A DNA stretch of 64,000 bases from Lytechinus pictus (Eukaryota): positions 31,310,001 to 31,374,000 of the forward strand of contig NC_087255.1 in NCBI RefSeq assembly GCF_037042905.1, read 5' to 3'. Position 1 is the first letter of the stretch. Each line of letters starts with the position of its first letter. Below, piece by piece: positions 48,101 through 63,332 of the stretch. The notes beneath the pieces were generated by a model. The model saw only the letters and a program-made list of their open reading frames with translations. It was not told where the DNA came from and did no database searches. The position numbers were made by a program, and so were the translations under genes.

Positions 48101-51100
48101 CTGGATAATGACACAGAAGAAATACACATATAACATCAGGCGGAATACGAGAGACAGCAATCATAGAATGGTACTAACAGTCAAAGTAATAATATACAAG
48201 TACAATCATAATAGTAGATGTACTTGTAGTTATGGTGAAGGCTGTGGGGACATAGCAGTAGTGGATGTATTGTGTTACATTAAACACATGTTCACAGGCT
48301 TTATGAAGTAGAAAACTAGAAGCAGCAATAACAATCTGAAATACTTTAATAGCCCAATCTACTTCAAATCAAGTCAAAAAAAGGTTTATAACCCAAGAAA
48401 ATCAATATATCATCTCCCTTTTAGGAGACTCAAACAAGTCAACCAGGACATACACTAGGCAGGCTTGGAATCGATCATAAAGCTCATGCTAAATTTCATT
48501 AAAGAGGTTCTGGCAAAGATGCTCATACTAGATTTTGTTGCAATATGAAGTCTAGGGAATACAATTATTTTCAGATAGACGAATAAAGAACCAGGAAGAC
48601 GGGTTCTGAAAGTAAGTAAATTTTTATCAATATGTATATATATATATATATAATTGAAAGCTGGAATTCATAAAACTGGAGAGGGGGTATGCTATATAAA
48701 TCTGAATTCTCTGAAAGATAACAAATCTTCCAGCATTTCCTGATACTTAATAAAGAAAATACCGATAGTGGTACTAAAGTGGATTTCCAGGTATTTTTTT
48801 TACACTACAAATACTCATGTACACATACTGATGCGTTCTAGGGCTGTGGCAGCCCAGATTTTGCGAGGTTACCAATTCCCTTCAATGATTTACAAGATGA
48901 GCCCTGAACGTGCATATACTGTACCTCATTCATCATGTGTCGCCATGTGAGAAGACATGGGGACAACACATTTGATATTGCCAAGGTTCAAGCCAAGATC
49001 GAGTTCAATACTCCCAACATACTTTCTACGGGTGCATTCAAACGATTTTCTTCATGCCATAGTACAGTTACACCAGTGAAACCGACCCCAGAGTTTCATT
49101 GGAACCACTATGGCACAGGCTAGAATCATAATATGAGTAACAAATCAAAAGGGACAAAAAGGCCATTGCAGGGTTAGCATTCAAATGTTTTCTACCTTAC
49201 AATGATTCCCCCACAATTCAAGCCCACCCAAAACAGGAAGGTCAACTTGGAGGCACAGTACTAGCTCAAATAATCAAAAAAAGAATCGCAAATCAAAACA
49301 CACATAACAAGGTCACTGCAGTGTGATAGCATTCAAGTGCATTTTCACCAACAATGATTCTCCCTCAATTCAAGCCAACCATCTTGACCCAGGAAGTACT
49401 ATGAATGTAGGTCAAAGTCGTGCATGCATGTGTTTGAACTGGAAGAAAGTCTGTTGTAAAATCATGATCAGGATCTCTGCCACAGGCCTGTATTCCAAGT
49501 TACTGATAACATTTGCCGACGTGGGTCTACAGAATCACCTTTCAAAAAAGGCAACTTTTAGCGTTCCATGTTTGCATCTAAGACGTTCATTTAAAAAAAT
49601 AATAAAACTAAAACATGACTATGGTTTGGAAACCATATTGCCAGGACACATAAGTGTTCATTAAATGCACCACAAGATGTAGGTTAACTGCAGTAAGTAC
49701 CCTCAACTTGAAGTACAATGAGAATAGCACTTGCGAATTCATTCAGTTATTTACATGTGTACAGTTGAAAAATAAATGCCCTCCTTTATATTGCACGTTT
49801 TAAAAATTATTTCAAATTACATCAATTTTGTGTAGACTGATTTAAATCTATTTACAATAAAAAATGATTAATTTCTTTTTAAAAATCATGTAGGCCCTAG
49901 ATATACTTTTAAAAATAATTATCACTTTTTAAATTGAGTAAATTATTCTTTATTTCCGCATCTTTTTGACGTGATAAAACATAGACTTGATATTCACCAA
50001 TTCAAACAGACTATGTAAATAAATTCATGATTGTATAAATCAACACAGGAGACTGATGATCTGTGACTATCTATATACATCAACTAAACTTGTGGCCTAT
50101 GACTCAGAAAGGTAATATGCTATGGGTATGAGAGAATATGAGCCTGTTCATATAATTGGCTTGTTGGTCGAAACCAAAGTTCAATGTTAACAAACTGAAA
50201 TAAAATTTTGAGGCCACTTTTGACCAGTTTGGGGTAAATACATGTAATATAGTGCAAGGCCAGAATGACATTATTGCTGCTCTATCATTTTTGTTTTGAA
50301 GAAGATTACAGACCTCATCAGAAGTGAAATTGTGATTTGACAAATAACAACTGCTTTTTTTCCATGCACTTTCACAGCTTACCAGGTGAATTTCTGCTTA
50401 GTTTTAAAGCTCGAAGAGCCTCAGGAATGGGCATTATTGTGCAACTCTACTTTCCTTACATGATTATTCATGAAATTATAGTCAATATCAATTGCAGTCC
50501 CATGTGCATGCTTCAAGAATACAGATATTTCAAACCTCTTCACTTATATCAGGAAACCCATTGCTTTACACTGTTTATATTTGAGTCACTGAAATGAGAA
50601 ATCTTAGACACTAAAAAATTATTTTTCTATCAGGATATAACTTTTTCTCTCCCTCCAAGAGATCATAAGAACATCTATTGGGGTTGAATTCACTTTCTGA
50701 TGAAATCTAAATAATAATGGATAGTATGTACCAGCTTTAACAATATTTCACAGGAAAACTCTATTGGCATTTTGATTGGCAATCATAAAAAAGGGTGGAT
50801 TTCATTACTGCCAGTATTACAACTAAAATGACATCTTAGAAACAAGGTTTTGTTCTTTGATGAATTCTATAGTAAATCAGTAATTTGTAGGCACTCAAAA
50901 TTTTCACCCACAATGAGCACTCTGTACAGGGTCATAGAAAGGTTAAGGCGGAGAATAATGGCTGAGGAACAGAGACAAAAAAATGACGAGATCTTCCTTG
51001 CCTATCGTGTTGACAGATTGACATATGAAACATGAAAGCCAAGAAATTCATAAAACATTCTTTTTATTCGAATGGACTTCTTATTGCCGAAATACAGGAA

Positions 51101-53329
51101 GTTTTTTTCAAATTTTACATTCTAAAATAGCAACAAATTGCATAAACCTATTTGATTTTAACTACAGTCCCATATGTTAATATTGATGCCTAATTCTGAG
51201 GGTTTTTTTTTTCTCAAAGTCAATATAATTATCATTATTCTACATGTATTTTAAGGAGAAGACCTCTTTCCTAATGTTTTTCCCAGAAACCAAATATTAG
51301 GCCATTGGATCGTGTAATGAAAAGTGCATTACTTCGCTAAATACGATTCTGTGCCCATGATTGCCAAAATTTGACATCACTTTAGCTTTGTTACTAAATT
51401 TAGAAGCAGATGACCGTTCACTGTAAATACCACAAGTTGTCTTGGTTATTCCTGAAATTGGTTCCATTTTAATAAGTTCAACATTTTTCATGACAGTATA
51501 CAACAAAGTGTCAGGCAAAGCCCCAAGAGCTTACCTTATCGAGGGGGGGGGGGAGCTTCACAAGAAACTTATTTGCAATTAATCACATTCACTGCTTAAT
51601 TTGAACAATGGCAAATCAATTTGTTATAATATGCTGAAACAAGCAGACTCACAATCAATTGCAAAATTTTCTATTAATTTTATGACCTCTGATTGATTCG
51701 GGAGTAGCAATTGTTCAGAAATCTTTTTACAAAATGCAAATTTTGGCGACACCCCATATTCACAAATATTGTTATATTTTTCAGTCAAATATTGGTAATT
51801 TACGTCACTGATCAACAGATTTAAACTTGAAAGGATCAGTTCAAATCAAATTCCATATTTGTAACATGGAAAGTAGATATTGTTCACATTTGGGTTGGTC
51901 TTAACATGGATCCTACTTCATGGTCTTAAAAACACAAAACATGCCTAAAAAATATAGTGTGGGCTTGCAATGGGTACTAATCGTTGCAGATTATCCATCT
52001 ATAACAATAAAAAGAACACCTCACTTTTATTGGAGCGGGAATAAAAACAGATTTAAAACCCAACAAATATCTATGAGAAGACAGGGTCTATTGTAGACCA
52101 TGCATTGATGTGGGCGGATTACATACTCAAGAATACTCAAGAGTTCAGTAACCCTCTTCACTTTTTTCTGTTGATAACAGTACAAAATTTGTACTACCTA
52201 ACCAAAACATTGTTGTTTTCACCACTTTCGTTTTTTAGTATAGGGATACATGTTAAAGTTTCACATTCTTGAAGAGTTCATGTTTAAAAACATAAGACTT
52301 TTCCCTTTTTTTTTGTTCAAATGATTCCTTTTACTAAAATAAAACTTATTGTTGTCTTTTTCATTTTGGTACTCTTTTTAATTCAGTGAAAGTTCAATGG
52401 CATTGGGTGTATGACTATCAATGTGCAGGCAAAAATATATTACATTTCTCATCAAATTTAAAAAGTGCATTGATAACACAAGATTTTCTCTTCTTTTAAA
52501 AACTAATTACAGTAAGTTTACATTTAAGTGTCACAATTCCCTGACAGATTTTAACAGGTTTTTTTTTGTCTCATTGTTGTATTCGATAAATATGGTAATA
52601 TGTTTACAATTCATGCTTTTACAATATTTGTTCAATGTACAATTTTGACAACCTGTTTACATTAACTCAAAAGAACATAATTCAAAACTTTGATGTTTTT
52701 TAAAAAGACAACCACCTTCAAATGGGGAGAGAGACAAATTATGTCTACCTGAGTTGACTTCAATGAGGGATAGAGTTTGCAGAAGATCATGAATGGAAAA
52801 GTAAACCATTCATGGCACTCTGCTGACTATTTCACAATACAGAATGATTCACAAGATGACTCATTTAAAATCTTATATTGGTTGGTTGTATCAAACCTCC
52901 CAATATATAGCCGTAATATTGTTCCATATCACCTTTTTACTGTATATCTTCATATGACTTATGAATCAAAGTCAAATTAAATGCCCACCTCCCCCCCCCC
53001 CAAAAAAAAAAAAAGTCCCAACCACTTCAAAAAAGTGTAGTCTTAAAATAGACACCATCCCACATAATACAGAAGTTTTATCATTTTCTACTAGCTTGTG
53101 GTGAGGGGATAGGCCCATTTAATCACATTTCAGGTGGATAACCAATACACGAGAGGAAAGTTACAAAATGCATCTACTAAAGGTCGTTTTTGTTTCATAT
53201 TATACTTTCAGATCATACACTCCCAATGAAATGCTTAACTACATGTGAATAAATGAATGAAAAAAAATAAATGGATAGTGAAAAAAAAACAATATAAGTT
53301 AAATGAATGAAATTGAAGGAGACAAAGAT

Positions 53330-53570
53330 ATATTAGGGGAGCAGAGAGAGGGGAAATGATGTAGTGTTGAGAGAAGGGAAAGGAAGACAGAGGGGGAAGA
53401 TAGACAGATAGAAAGAGGAGGGAAGAGGGAGAGGGGAAATGAAAAAAAAAAAAGGGGGAAAGACAAAAACAGAGGGGATGGAAGGAGGGGGATAAAAGAA
53501 GGGTGAAACTGAGAATGAGTGGAGGGAGAGAGTGAGTGAGAGGGGGAGATGGGGAGAGGGGGCGATGAAG
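53330..53570. repeat. GA-rich purine tract; similar tracts at ~4400-4560 and ~5815-5960
   Basis: Visible directly. Confidence 0.75.
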
Positions 53571-54215
53571 CCGGTGGGTACTGTAACAGCAAAAGAAGGC
53601 CCCCTTTTCACATTCCCTGAGCCGGACAAAAGCCTGGCGACTTAGAGCAGATTGACAAACCACATAATGCCTGGCAAGAGAGTGGATTTCCTGGAAACCC
53701 AATTCTACTTCAGGGCATCTAGTTTTTAACGAAAAGAAATAAATGGTAACTCTTGGCTGATTTTTAACGCATTCAGGACAATGACTTTCTTCCCAGTTTT
53801 ACAGCTGCCGATGGTTTGCCTTTCAGTATTTCTGATGGAGAAAATGTGTGAGGCTGAATAAAAGCCTATTTGGACTTATGCCCTACTTTTCCTATTAGAC
53901 ACTAAGCGCATTTTACTGTGCAGAATCAGTGAAGCTTGGTTAGTCTAAATAAACCAAAATAAAAAAATTAAATTTAAAAATACATTTTGTTGCAATAAAA
54001 CAAACATACAGCCTGGATAAAAGATTAAGGTTGCTATATTGCATCAATTTGAAATAGATTATCCATTTTCCAAACCTATGTCTATAATTAGAAAGGAACT
54101 ATTAGGAACCGACATTAAGAAGCCATTGCAAAAAACTGATAAGTACAATCTTTCAAGGTGGTGTACCCAAGTAGCTTCTGCCTGTTTGTAGCAATTCGGA
54201 TTACCCACCACTTAA

Positions 54216-54659
54216 GCGTGTGTTCAATGTCTGTTTCCAAATTCAAACGGCAACATGAATCATGATTAAAAACGTGATTGCAAAACGCAAAGGGTGTATT
54301 CAATGTCCTCTATTCCTGGTCGTAAAAGTAATCATCTTTCAAATCATGATTCGAAGGAAAATTTAAACATAAAAAAGATGCATTCGTAAACGCGATCATC
54401 TAAAATTTTATGACCTGCAGCATCGCGAGTGTGACGAACACGATTGAGTTTTGAAACGTCTTTAAATGTGCTATTGCACTGGAAGCCTACACAAGCAGAT
54501 GCCAGAATCGACCTGTATTGTAATGGGTCAAACTGCGCACTAAAGCTGCTTTTTATTTTCAAAACTGAACAGTGCACCGCTGTTGGTGTTCTGTGTTTTG
54601 TAGTTTTCAATCATAATTCATGTTGCTGTTTAAATTTAAAATCGACACTGAACACACCC
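54216..54659. mobile_element. Harbinger-like MITE with ~60-bp TIRs
   Basis: gcgtgtgttcaatgtc...caacatgaatcatgattaaaaac / gttttcaatcataattcatgttg...gacactgaacacaccc. Confidence 0.7.
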
Positions 54660-57600
54660 CAAGAATCACACATTCTGACTTCTGCTAGGACTTAATAAAG
54701 CTCCTTCCAATAAAGAAGATGGAATCCTTTATTGCAAATGAAAATTCCTCTTATTTTCATGCCCAAAGATGCTTTCAAATTCTTCTCTTGGGGCAAGGAA
54801 TGTCACACTCCCACGCAATCACAATAAAACAAGCAGCGTATAGGCCTGTGGGTATATGCAGACCAAATGAAATGGTGCTGGAAAATAGTGTGTTAGAAAG
54901 AACAGCTGTTGGAGCAATGCATGCTGGGATAGGTGGAGATGGTTCTGCCGATCTCAAAGGGGTCGTCATCTTCGAGACATTCTGCTTGCTGAGATTCACC
55001 ATATCCCTCCAATGATGACACCCACGCATCCACTACACGCACATTCAAATAGAGTAGACTCATTGCGCAGACCTTGTCATCGTGAAGCTTTCGTGTGGTA
55101 CAGGAAAAGAACAAAATTGGGCATCACCTCTCACACTTTTGGGAGAAATGACAGGAAAGGCATTTGTATCAGTTACAAAAGAAAATGAATATCAATTGAT
55201 TTTCCCTACATGCAATACTAACTATGAACTACGAATATGTACGAACAACATTTTTGAAATAAACTATATATGATCATACTGTACATCTCTATACAGTTCT
55301 GTAGGATACAATTTCTCCACTTTCATACTGTGCTTTATGACATCACAGCAGGGATGTTGTCAAAAGCTGGCATCAAGGCCGCATTTTGCAGCCCTTGGCC
55401 CAGGCCAGAGTCACTTCTATAAGGAAGGTTTTCTCCAGCGGCCCCGTGACTAGGATGAACTGGCATCATCTACAACTCTGCCTCACAAGTTTAAGTGTAT
55501 AGGGCCGTCTGTACCAGCCTGAGTTTTCTAATAATCACGCTTTTTCTGATCCTGCAAATTAGAATGTTTGTAATGGAGACACAATCATCGCAATAGTTCA
55601 CTCGATTAATCACGAGATTACTATACTAAGTCAACTTAAGATAATTTGCAAAATAGCGCGCTATTTTCGAATGATCCCACTAATTCACAGGTGCAGACGC
55701 ACTCGAGTTTCAACTCGGGATTATTTATTCACGGCGTCGGCCGATAATGCATTGATGCCTCGCTTGAGCATAAATTCCTCTCTTCTTGCGCTGGTGGAGA
55801 TGGGGGTTTCTTGAATCTCGAGATTAATTGTGAAGAGGGCTGATCAGGCTAAAATTTTGAGATTGAGCAAACTCGGGCTGGTGCAGCAACGCCTTATGTG
55901 TACATGTGGAGATGTTCAGTGTGGGTTGTACAGTCAGTGCTGAAAAACAAGTTGCCTTTGAATAGCTAACACTTGCAAACCCTTTAAATATGTAGCATAC
56001 TATAGGGGTTTTGATGTATGTTGACCTGTCACACATTGCTATCTAAAAATACCCTCCAAGATATATGTATGTTAAGATCATCTTTACATATTACTGCTGA
56101 TTTTACAATCCGTCTCAAACATAATTTTCTGTCAAATTTTCGAAAATCGATATTTTTCCTCATTCTGAAAGCCCATCAACAATTCTGTTCAAAACACAAA
56201 TTTCAGATAAAAATTCTTATCATTTGAGGAATAAGAGTAGATCGAAATTTTGTTTGCATCGTCGTATGTGACTGGGGCTTGAACCTCAAACCTTCTGCAT
56301 CAATTTGTAACTGCCCCCATAAAGCTTGGATTAAGAGGAGCATGCAACAACACTGAGTTGTCTGAGACCAGTTGAGTTAGGCTACACTCCGGACTTAAAT
56401 CAATTAGAGTCTGTATCTTGAGACTATCTCCTTACAGCATTATGCACCGACATTTATATCACGACCCTCTCCCTCATACTGCCATCATGCATCGAACGTA
56501 ATGATTATCAAGATGTCCCTTGTAACCTCACAGATGGAGACTTGACTTGTGTGGTTAATAAGAAATATTTCCATCAGGAAAAGACAACCGTTTTCATGTT
56601 TCTAATCTCTTAACACATCACTGAAAAGGTGCTATGTATGTAGTCACTAACTGCAAGCACATACATTGTCAAAAAAGACAAGCTCAACAGTTAAATGAAA
56701 ATAAATAAATGAAAATTCAATCTATTTTGAGCGAAAATGCAGGCAATGACATTCTCAGAAACGGTATGTGATAAAGCTTACATGAATATGACAACGTCAT
56801 GAGGATAATTGTACCATGAATATTTCACAATTTTCAAAAAAAAAAAAAAAAAGCTTATGAATTGTCAATATTAGCAAAAGTAGACTAAAATTGACACATT
56901 TCACTACATCCCACACCTAATATACTGATACTTGTTAAAATTGTGAATACATGTTGTTCGACTTGACCCGCAAAAACAAAGCAAATCAAATTCCCAAGAG
57001 CAGATTTGGAGGAAAGCGTCAGGATCATCCACCATAATCTCTATTTCACATCCTCTTTACTCTCTCAGTATATCATTTCACTTGTAGGCTACACTGTCCA
57101 AACATCAAGGCACATCAATGCTAAGACCTCGTATCTCCAATTTTGGGGAATATCATCTTTTAGTTCTAATGACAAGATCATCAATCAAATGACGTCAAAT
57201 TAAAATCCCAGCTCTGTCTTGAATCAAAATGAAACTCACTACGTCAAGCCAAAGTGATGACTATTCCATATTGGAAACGTGTTATTTATTGCAGACATGC
57301 TTTTCACTGGTTTCCTGAAAATTGAGATACGAGGTTTTGCCGCAAATGCAGCAATATGTGTTAACGCCTGAAGTACAGTGAAGGAAATATCAATCTAATA
57401 CACTTGTGTGTGTAGTGTGTCTCTCTATTTCTCTCGCATTTCCTCGCTTGGCAACAGCAAACAAGAAGGATAGCTAAATAACATGTCACTTCCTCCATTT
57501 CCCTTGTACATCGCCTTCTCTAGTTCACCATGGCATCAGGCCTGAATGTCACTTCTTTCTCTTCACTCTCCCCCCAATCACCCACCTCTTCCTCCCTTTA

Positions 57601-59863
57601 AAGAAACCCTCTTCTACTGCCAATTTTTACCAGCATTGCACCCTGCATCCTTTTCATACCAAACAGGAACAGGTTCACTGACATACAGCAACCGCTCCAA
57701 GGGCCTCTTGGGGAATCCTGGAAAGCATTCTTCTCAACATCACTCCTCTTTGTATACCTTCCTTCAAGTTTAGAACTTGAATTTCACTCACAATTTATAT
57801 GCTCCTGCAACTATGCATGATTCAACAACATGAAATATCTATGAAAAGCCAAGGTTCCCTACAAAATTACTATTTGTAGTCAATTCATCTTCCCTTGACT
57901 TATCCCCAGGCTCTTTTTCCATCCTGGCAAACATAAAGACATGCTTCCAAGCCATTCTGAGCATGGTTCAATGGCATACAGTAATCACTCAAAGTACCTG
58001 TGGAGGAATCCTTAATCTAAAATATTCCTCTGGCCAAAAATTATATGTGTATATCCTTGAATAATGCAATAAACTTACAGTGGATTCTGGAAGGATCAAG
58101 AGTTCTGCCTGAAGTGAAGGAAGCCTTTTCACTGAAGCATGAGAACTTGCCTTTTTTCAGGTATTTACAGGATACAAAATCTTCCACTTGAAGTATGAGA
58201 AGATGTCTTGCTTGAAGATAGCAGTTCTTGCTGAAGTAAGGTACCAAGTTTTAATCAGAGATGCTCTCAAATGGCACTTGTTCTCTGATGAAAGCCATGA
58301 AAATAGTCGTTTGTGGTGAAGGAGCAGCTTTATAAGAACCCAAACTTTGCCAGTAAATTAGCATGAAGATGTCAAGATATCAAAGCGATTAACAAGACAT
58401 CAAAAATCATATTGAACAAATACCAATTTCTTACAGACGTTTGCTCTGGAGAATTGATTATTGAATACCAGTGACCTTCGGGACTGTGACATCCTGAGAA
58501 ATTCCACAGAAACAACCGGTGTAAATAGAGGCCATGGGCCAGTGACTAAGCTACTGAAATGGGTACGTCTGGATACAAAAAAAAATTAATGTAAAAGTGT
58601 TCCTGTGAACTTTTCTACCTATCAATAATAAAGTTGATGGCTCAAAAATAGAAAGGATAGATGACCTAAAATAGAGATAGGAAAAGAAGAGGGCTTGTTC
58701 TAGGATGTGAATCATTGGTCATTGTTGATTTGCTTGAGTACAGGAGGACATTACAATCTTCCTTTAGAGAATCATGGTAGCTTGAAACTGAGATAAACTT
58801 GCAGTATGAATACAATTATCGACTTTTACAGAAAATAAAACATCTGACTTACATTATTAGTCAAACCCGAAGGCCTTCAAGTTCAGAAATGCTGCACTGA
58901 CTTGACAGTTTATCACAAACTATACCAGCAATAAATTCTGCAGTGAATTCTGAGTAAATTATCACCAGGATAAGCTTTCCAGATGATAAAGAATGAATGG
59001 ATGAGTAACTCCCTCAAGACATTTGATTCTTGATTGCTCTCCCCCTTCCAGTTATTCTGGAAGAGCAAGAGGTCACGGATGTCTCACATCTGCCCCCTTT
59101 CTGCAGTCCAAGCAGTGACCTTACCATGAGGACAACGTACTTCTACAGGTGGTGATCTGTCTTACTCTCTGCATATGCATCTAGTGGCATTTAGCCCTAA
59201 CTTAATTCCTTCAAAGTTCATCCAGATAGTGTTGCAACTTGCAGATGTTATTTGGTAAGGTAGATATAAAGTTTACCCCCAAAATAGCAAGGAAATTTTT
59301 AACCCTTGAACCTTGCTCAGGTTACTCTTGCTGCTTTCAATACGGGGAAACTACAATCAAGATTTATTGAAGAAATATAATGGGTACAATTCTGGACAGC
59401 CTTGTTGCTATGCCTTACAATCTTGAGATACAAAATTTAAGTTCTTATTCATGATGGATGAATCCTCATAATTCCAGTAGTGTTCTTATCATTAAGAAAA
59501 TTCTCTGTTGATATATCGCTAAAAATATCTTACCAATATCGATAACTATAGATAAAAGAACATAATCAATACACATTTTTAATGCACTATAGTGATGTCA
59601 CATACTCGCGTTGGTAAAAATTTGTATCTGCCACTGTACCAACAACGCTTTAAAATCCGCATTCATCGGATGCAAACGATTACATAACATCTTTTAACAA
59701 ACATATTCAGCATATATACATCCTCACCTTTCAAGTTATTAGCATTATTTTATGAGCTGGATGAAGTTTTGATAATTTAGGGGCTTTTGGGGCGTCGTTC
59801 TAAGCAGTCAACGTCTTTCGCCTATCCGCCATTTTGATATCGTGCTGTACATCTTCGAACATA

Positions 59864-60639
59864 GGGTGCGTTTATCCGCCACTTTTTCACCCTAGAATCA
59901 TGATCTGAATCATGATTCTGCAGAATCACGATTGCGTTTAGTCGAAATTGAATATAATCATGATTAGAATCACAAACATGAAACACGAAAAAAGGGGCGT
60001 TTGGAAAGACGTTTCTGCAGAATCATGTACGAAAATGTTCGAATAAACGATATCGTGATTTGAATCATGATTATATGACCTCACTGTGTCGTCGGGCTAC
60101 GGCTTTCGGTTTGACTCTTGCCAAGCTTATGCTCATTGTATGTACATGATTACTCTGCATGCATTTCTTGTCATGTTCAAGTTCTGTGTTGGTCTTCGCA
60201 TCGTCCACTACTTTTCATTTTTTGGTCATGTCTTCAACTTCAAGTTCTAGTAAATGAATTAACTGGAGACAATGATGAGTATAGAGTGTCAATATTAAAT
60301 TGGATCTACGCTGAAATTCACTTCCGAACACCATTTTGGATTAACTAACAAGATGAATAGAAGCATATGGACCCTATATGATAGAAGTAAACAAAATTAG
60401 GTTGAATTCTGGAAGCAAAATATTTTTCGAGAGCCGAAACACGTGCGAAAAACTTCCTCTGTCAAACTGCGCACTAGTGATGCGCACTGGATTGGCCCGA
60501 ATCTGAGGAGAAACAGCATTGGAATGACGGTCGTCTAAACGCTGATTCTGTGATATCGTGATTCATGTTTGTGTTTTGAATCATGATTCAAATCATGATT
60601 CAAATCATGATTCTGGCTTGAGGTCGCATAAACGCAGCC
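59864..60639. mobile_element. Harbinger-like deletion derivative, TSD ATA, with subterminal AATCATGATT palindromes
   Basis: TIRs gggtgcgtttat / ataaacgcagcc; ATA at 59861-59863 and 60640-60642. Confidence 0.75.
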
Positions 60640-62943
60640 ATAGAGGGTAGCAACACACGGCCGTGTGCTGCCTTTTACGTTAGTTAGTACTTAGCTAAAA
60701 TTGAGCTTGCACTTGTGAATGTTGTCGATACGATCGAATGGAGTCAAGTGCAGTCACGTCATGATTATAGCGAAGTGGGGTTGAGATCATGTTTCTTGGC
60801 TAGTAAGTATTCGTATTCTGTTGAGATTTTGGAGTAAATTCTGTTGTTGTTCTGTGCAGTTTGAGGAAAAATGTTTTCCGTGATTTTCCGTTTGAAAAAC
60901 CACTTTCAAAAGGCCATTTCAATGAATTCCGCGAAATCGCAGAAAATCACTGTCATGTCCCTACATAATAGCGGGTATTATCAACAACAAAAGAAAGGTT
61001 ATCGATATCGCTTTGAGGCAAAAAACAAGCAATTATCGACAAGACTAGCGATAAAGAGGTTATCATAACAGTACTAAATTCCAGATATCAAGTCCTTACA
61101 GCAAGGACAAACATCTTCTGACAAAAGTTGAGGCATGCAACAGGGTGACAGATTGATACTCTAGAAACTTTCAAAGGTTGCAGAAGTTGCATGAGCTCAA
61201 TCAAACCCTATGGTAAGGTGGTCCGACTATTCCGGACATCCCCTCTTCCAGAGAGCTGAACAACCCTCTCTTCAATAGAAAGCTAAAAATAGCTGGGCTC
61301 TACAATCAAGGAGAGGAACAGGAAAGATTAAAGAACAGAAGAAAGAAACCAAATTTTGCCAGAATTCCAAGCTTGTTTCAAACCGAACACACTGTGCAGA
61401 AATGTATTGAGCGACTGACCTGTACACTGAAATAACATTGGTTTAACCTTGGTCAAGTGTAATTGTCGCAAAATATTGCCCAGATCCTCTCTCAAGGGAA
61501 AATATGTTAACCTTTTGTAATATTGCAACTGTAATTCAACATACCTGACGCCAAAACATTTCTAAATTTATCCAATGACTTGTTTCTTGGTAATATTTCC
61601 CCAAGTTTTTTGCTGAATACATGCAGTTTCTAAATCCATATTTTGTCCGATATCTATTCAAAGGATAGGCCTATTATTTACATGAAAGTAAAACAAGGTT
61701 CCACATCATTTGGCTTCCACATGTATCCCTGTGAGACACCGTTCTCACTACCTTCCTAAAACTAGTTTAGTGGAAACTGGTTTAACGTGTAGTGAGAAAG
61801 GTCGAAGCGATCTTCCAAACCAAACCGGCTCAGAAAACCATCTTGCGATGTAGTTTTCAAGATCGCTTTGCCTACCTTAACGGCCTCTGAGAGATCATCT
61901 AATACTCCACTTGTCTTTCTGCTGATTTCTGTGTCAATTTCATTCCAGATGAAAATATAATTTCCCGCTACTGATCCTTCTGCTTAAACTTCTCTTTGGC
62001 AATGCAACACAAACATACAATGTTAATAACAAATGGACAAGGATGTTTCCTGAGATTCTATATCTAGAGATGCAAGTAACAAAGTAATATAAAGGCCTAC
62101 CTGTGTGCAACATTCATAACGAACCAGAATAACCAGACCTTACAACAAGTTCAAAGTCAACTAAACTACATTTACCTTCAAACAAGTGAAGTACGCATGT
62201 ATTCTTCTACTCCGTATGTTTACTTTAATTTTTCAAGATCGTGTTTTATTGTCTTATTTTCATGAAATGCACTTGGACTTTGTAATACATGTACATGTGT
62301 CAGATAAGACAAAATCCCCCGACAAAACTGATTATATTTCTTTTTCATAGAATCATTTATTTTTGTAACTATAGTTAGAAGTTTTCGAAAAAGGGAAAGG
62401 CCTATACAAAACCAAAGTATCGATTCATATAGCATTATAAATGACCTACTTCTGAAAACAGTGTAATGTAACTTGTCTCACATAGCTTATTAGATTGAAA
62501 AAAAAAAACTATTCAGGAAATTCAGCAATTACCAAAATGCAACCCTTTATTATGAAATAAAGAACAAAGGATATTAAAAATTTGTTTCAGAATCTTTGAG
62601 TTGCCAGGAAAAAATAACTTAATACAGACTTTATATCAAAATCTGCTTAAAATTCATATGAATTCATACTGATATTTGGAATATTAAAAAATAAAGGAGT
62701 TTGCAAAGGAAGACTATCGATCACAAGCCCATGAGGCATCACAGTACACGGTCAATGGCTATTTGATTTATGTTGGAATTGACATATACTTTGGTTTCCA
62801 AGAAAGCAAGAGGAGAATGAATAGTTACAGATCTCTTCCTCTTCTCTCAAGCTGATAGAAGAACAGCAAGGGGTAGTTTTGCTCTGCTAGTCACCAAGGG
62901 TACAAGACTGAATATGAAGGTGTATAGCCTACTTATGAATGAT

Positions 62944-63332
62944 CGGTTCATTTCCAATTGGTCTAATGCCAATTCGTCCAATTACCAACTTGTCTATTAT
63001 CATTTGGTCTGCCATCAGTTCTTCTACTACTTACACGGTCTAATTGCCATTTCCTCCACTCACCATTACGTCTAATAACCAGTTGGTCCAATAGCCATTT
63101 AGTCCATATACCATTTGGTCTAATTGGACTATTAAGTGTTAACTGGGCAAAATGAAAAAAAGAAAATGGGAATTAGACCACCTGGTGATTGACTAACTGG
63201 TGATTAGATGAAGTGATGATTGAACCAAATGGTAGTTAGACGAAATGGTGATGGGTAGAATGGCTTTAGCCTATGCAGGTAGACCATGTGGTGAGTGAAC
63301 GAGTTGGCAGTAGACGAATTGGCAATTTACTG
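62944..63332. mobile_element. MITE with inverted arrays of short TTGGTCTA/TAGACCAA-type repeats, 6-bp TSD AATGAT
   Basis: AATGAT at 62938-62943 and 63333-63338; gccaattcgtc / gacgaattggc near the ends. Confidence 0.75.

Noticed and set aside
53235-53702. Overlapping Phe/Leu/Ser/Pro-rich ORFs
   Set aside because: Translations of the GA/CT tract.
55380-55520. VDD..SRGRW peptide reminiscent of BEL/Pao elements
   Set aside because: Too short and interrupted to support a call.
57500-59200. Coding-like composition on the minus strand (e.g. RCPHGKV, RDLLL)
   Set aside because: Frames are broken by stops and I could not assign a family; at most an ancient TE relic, and it needs tBLASTx.
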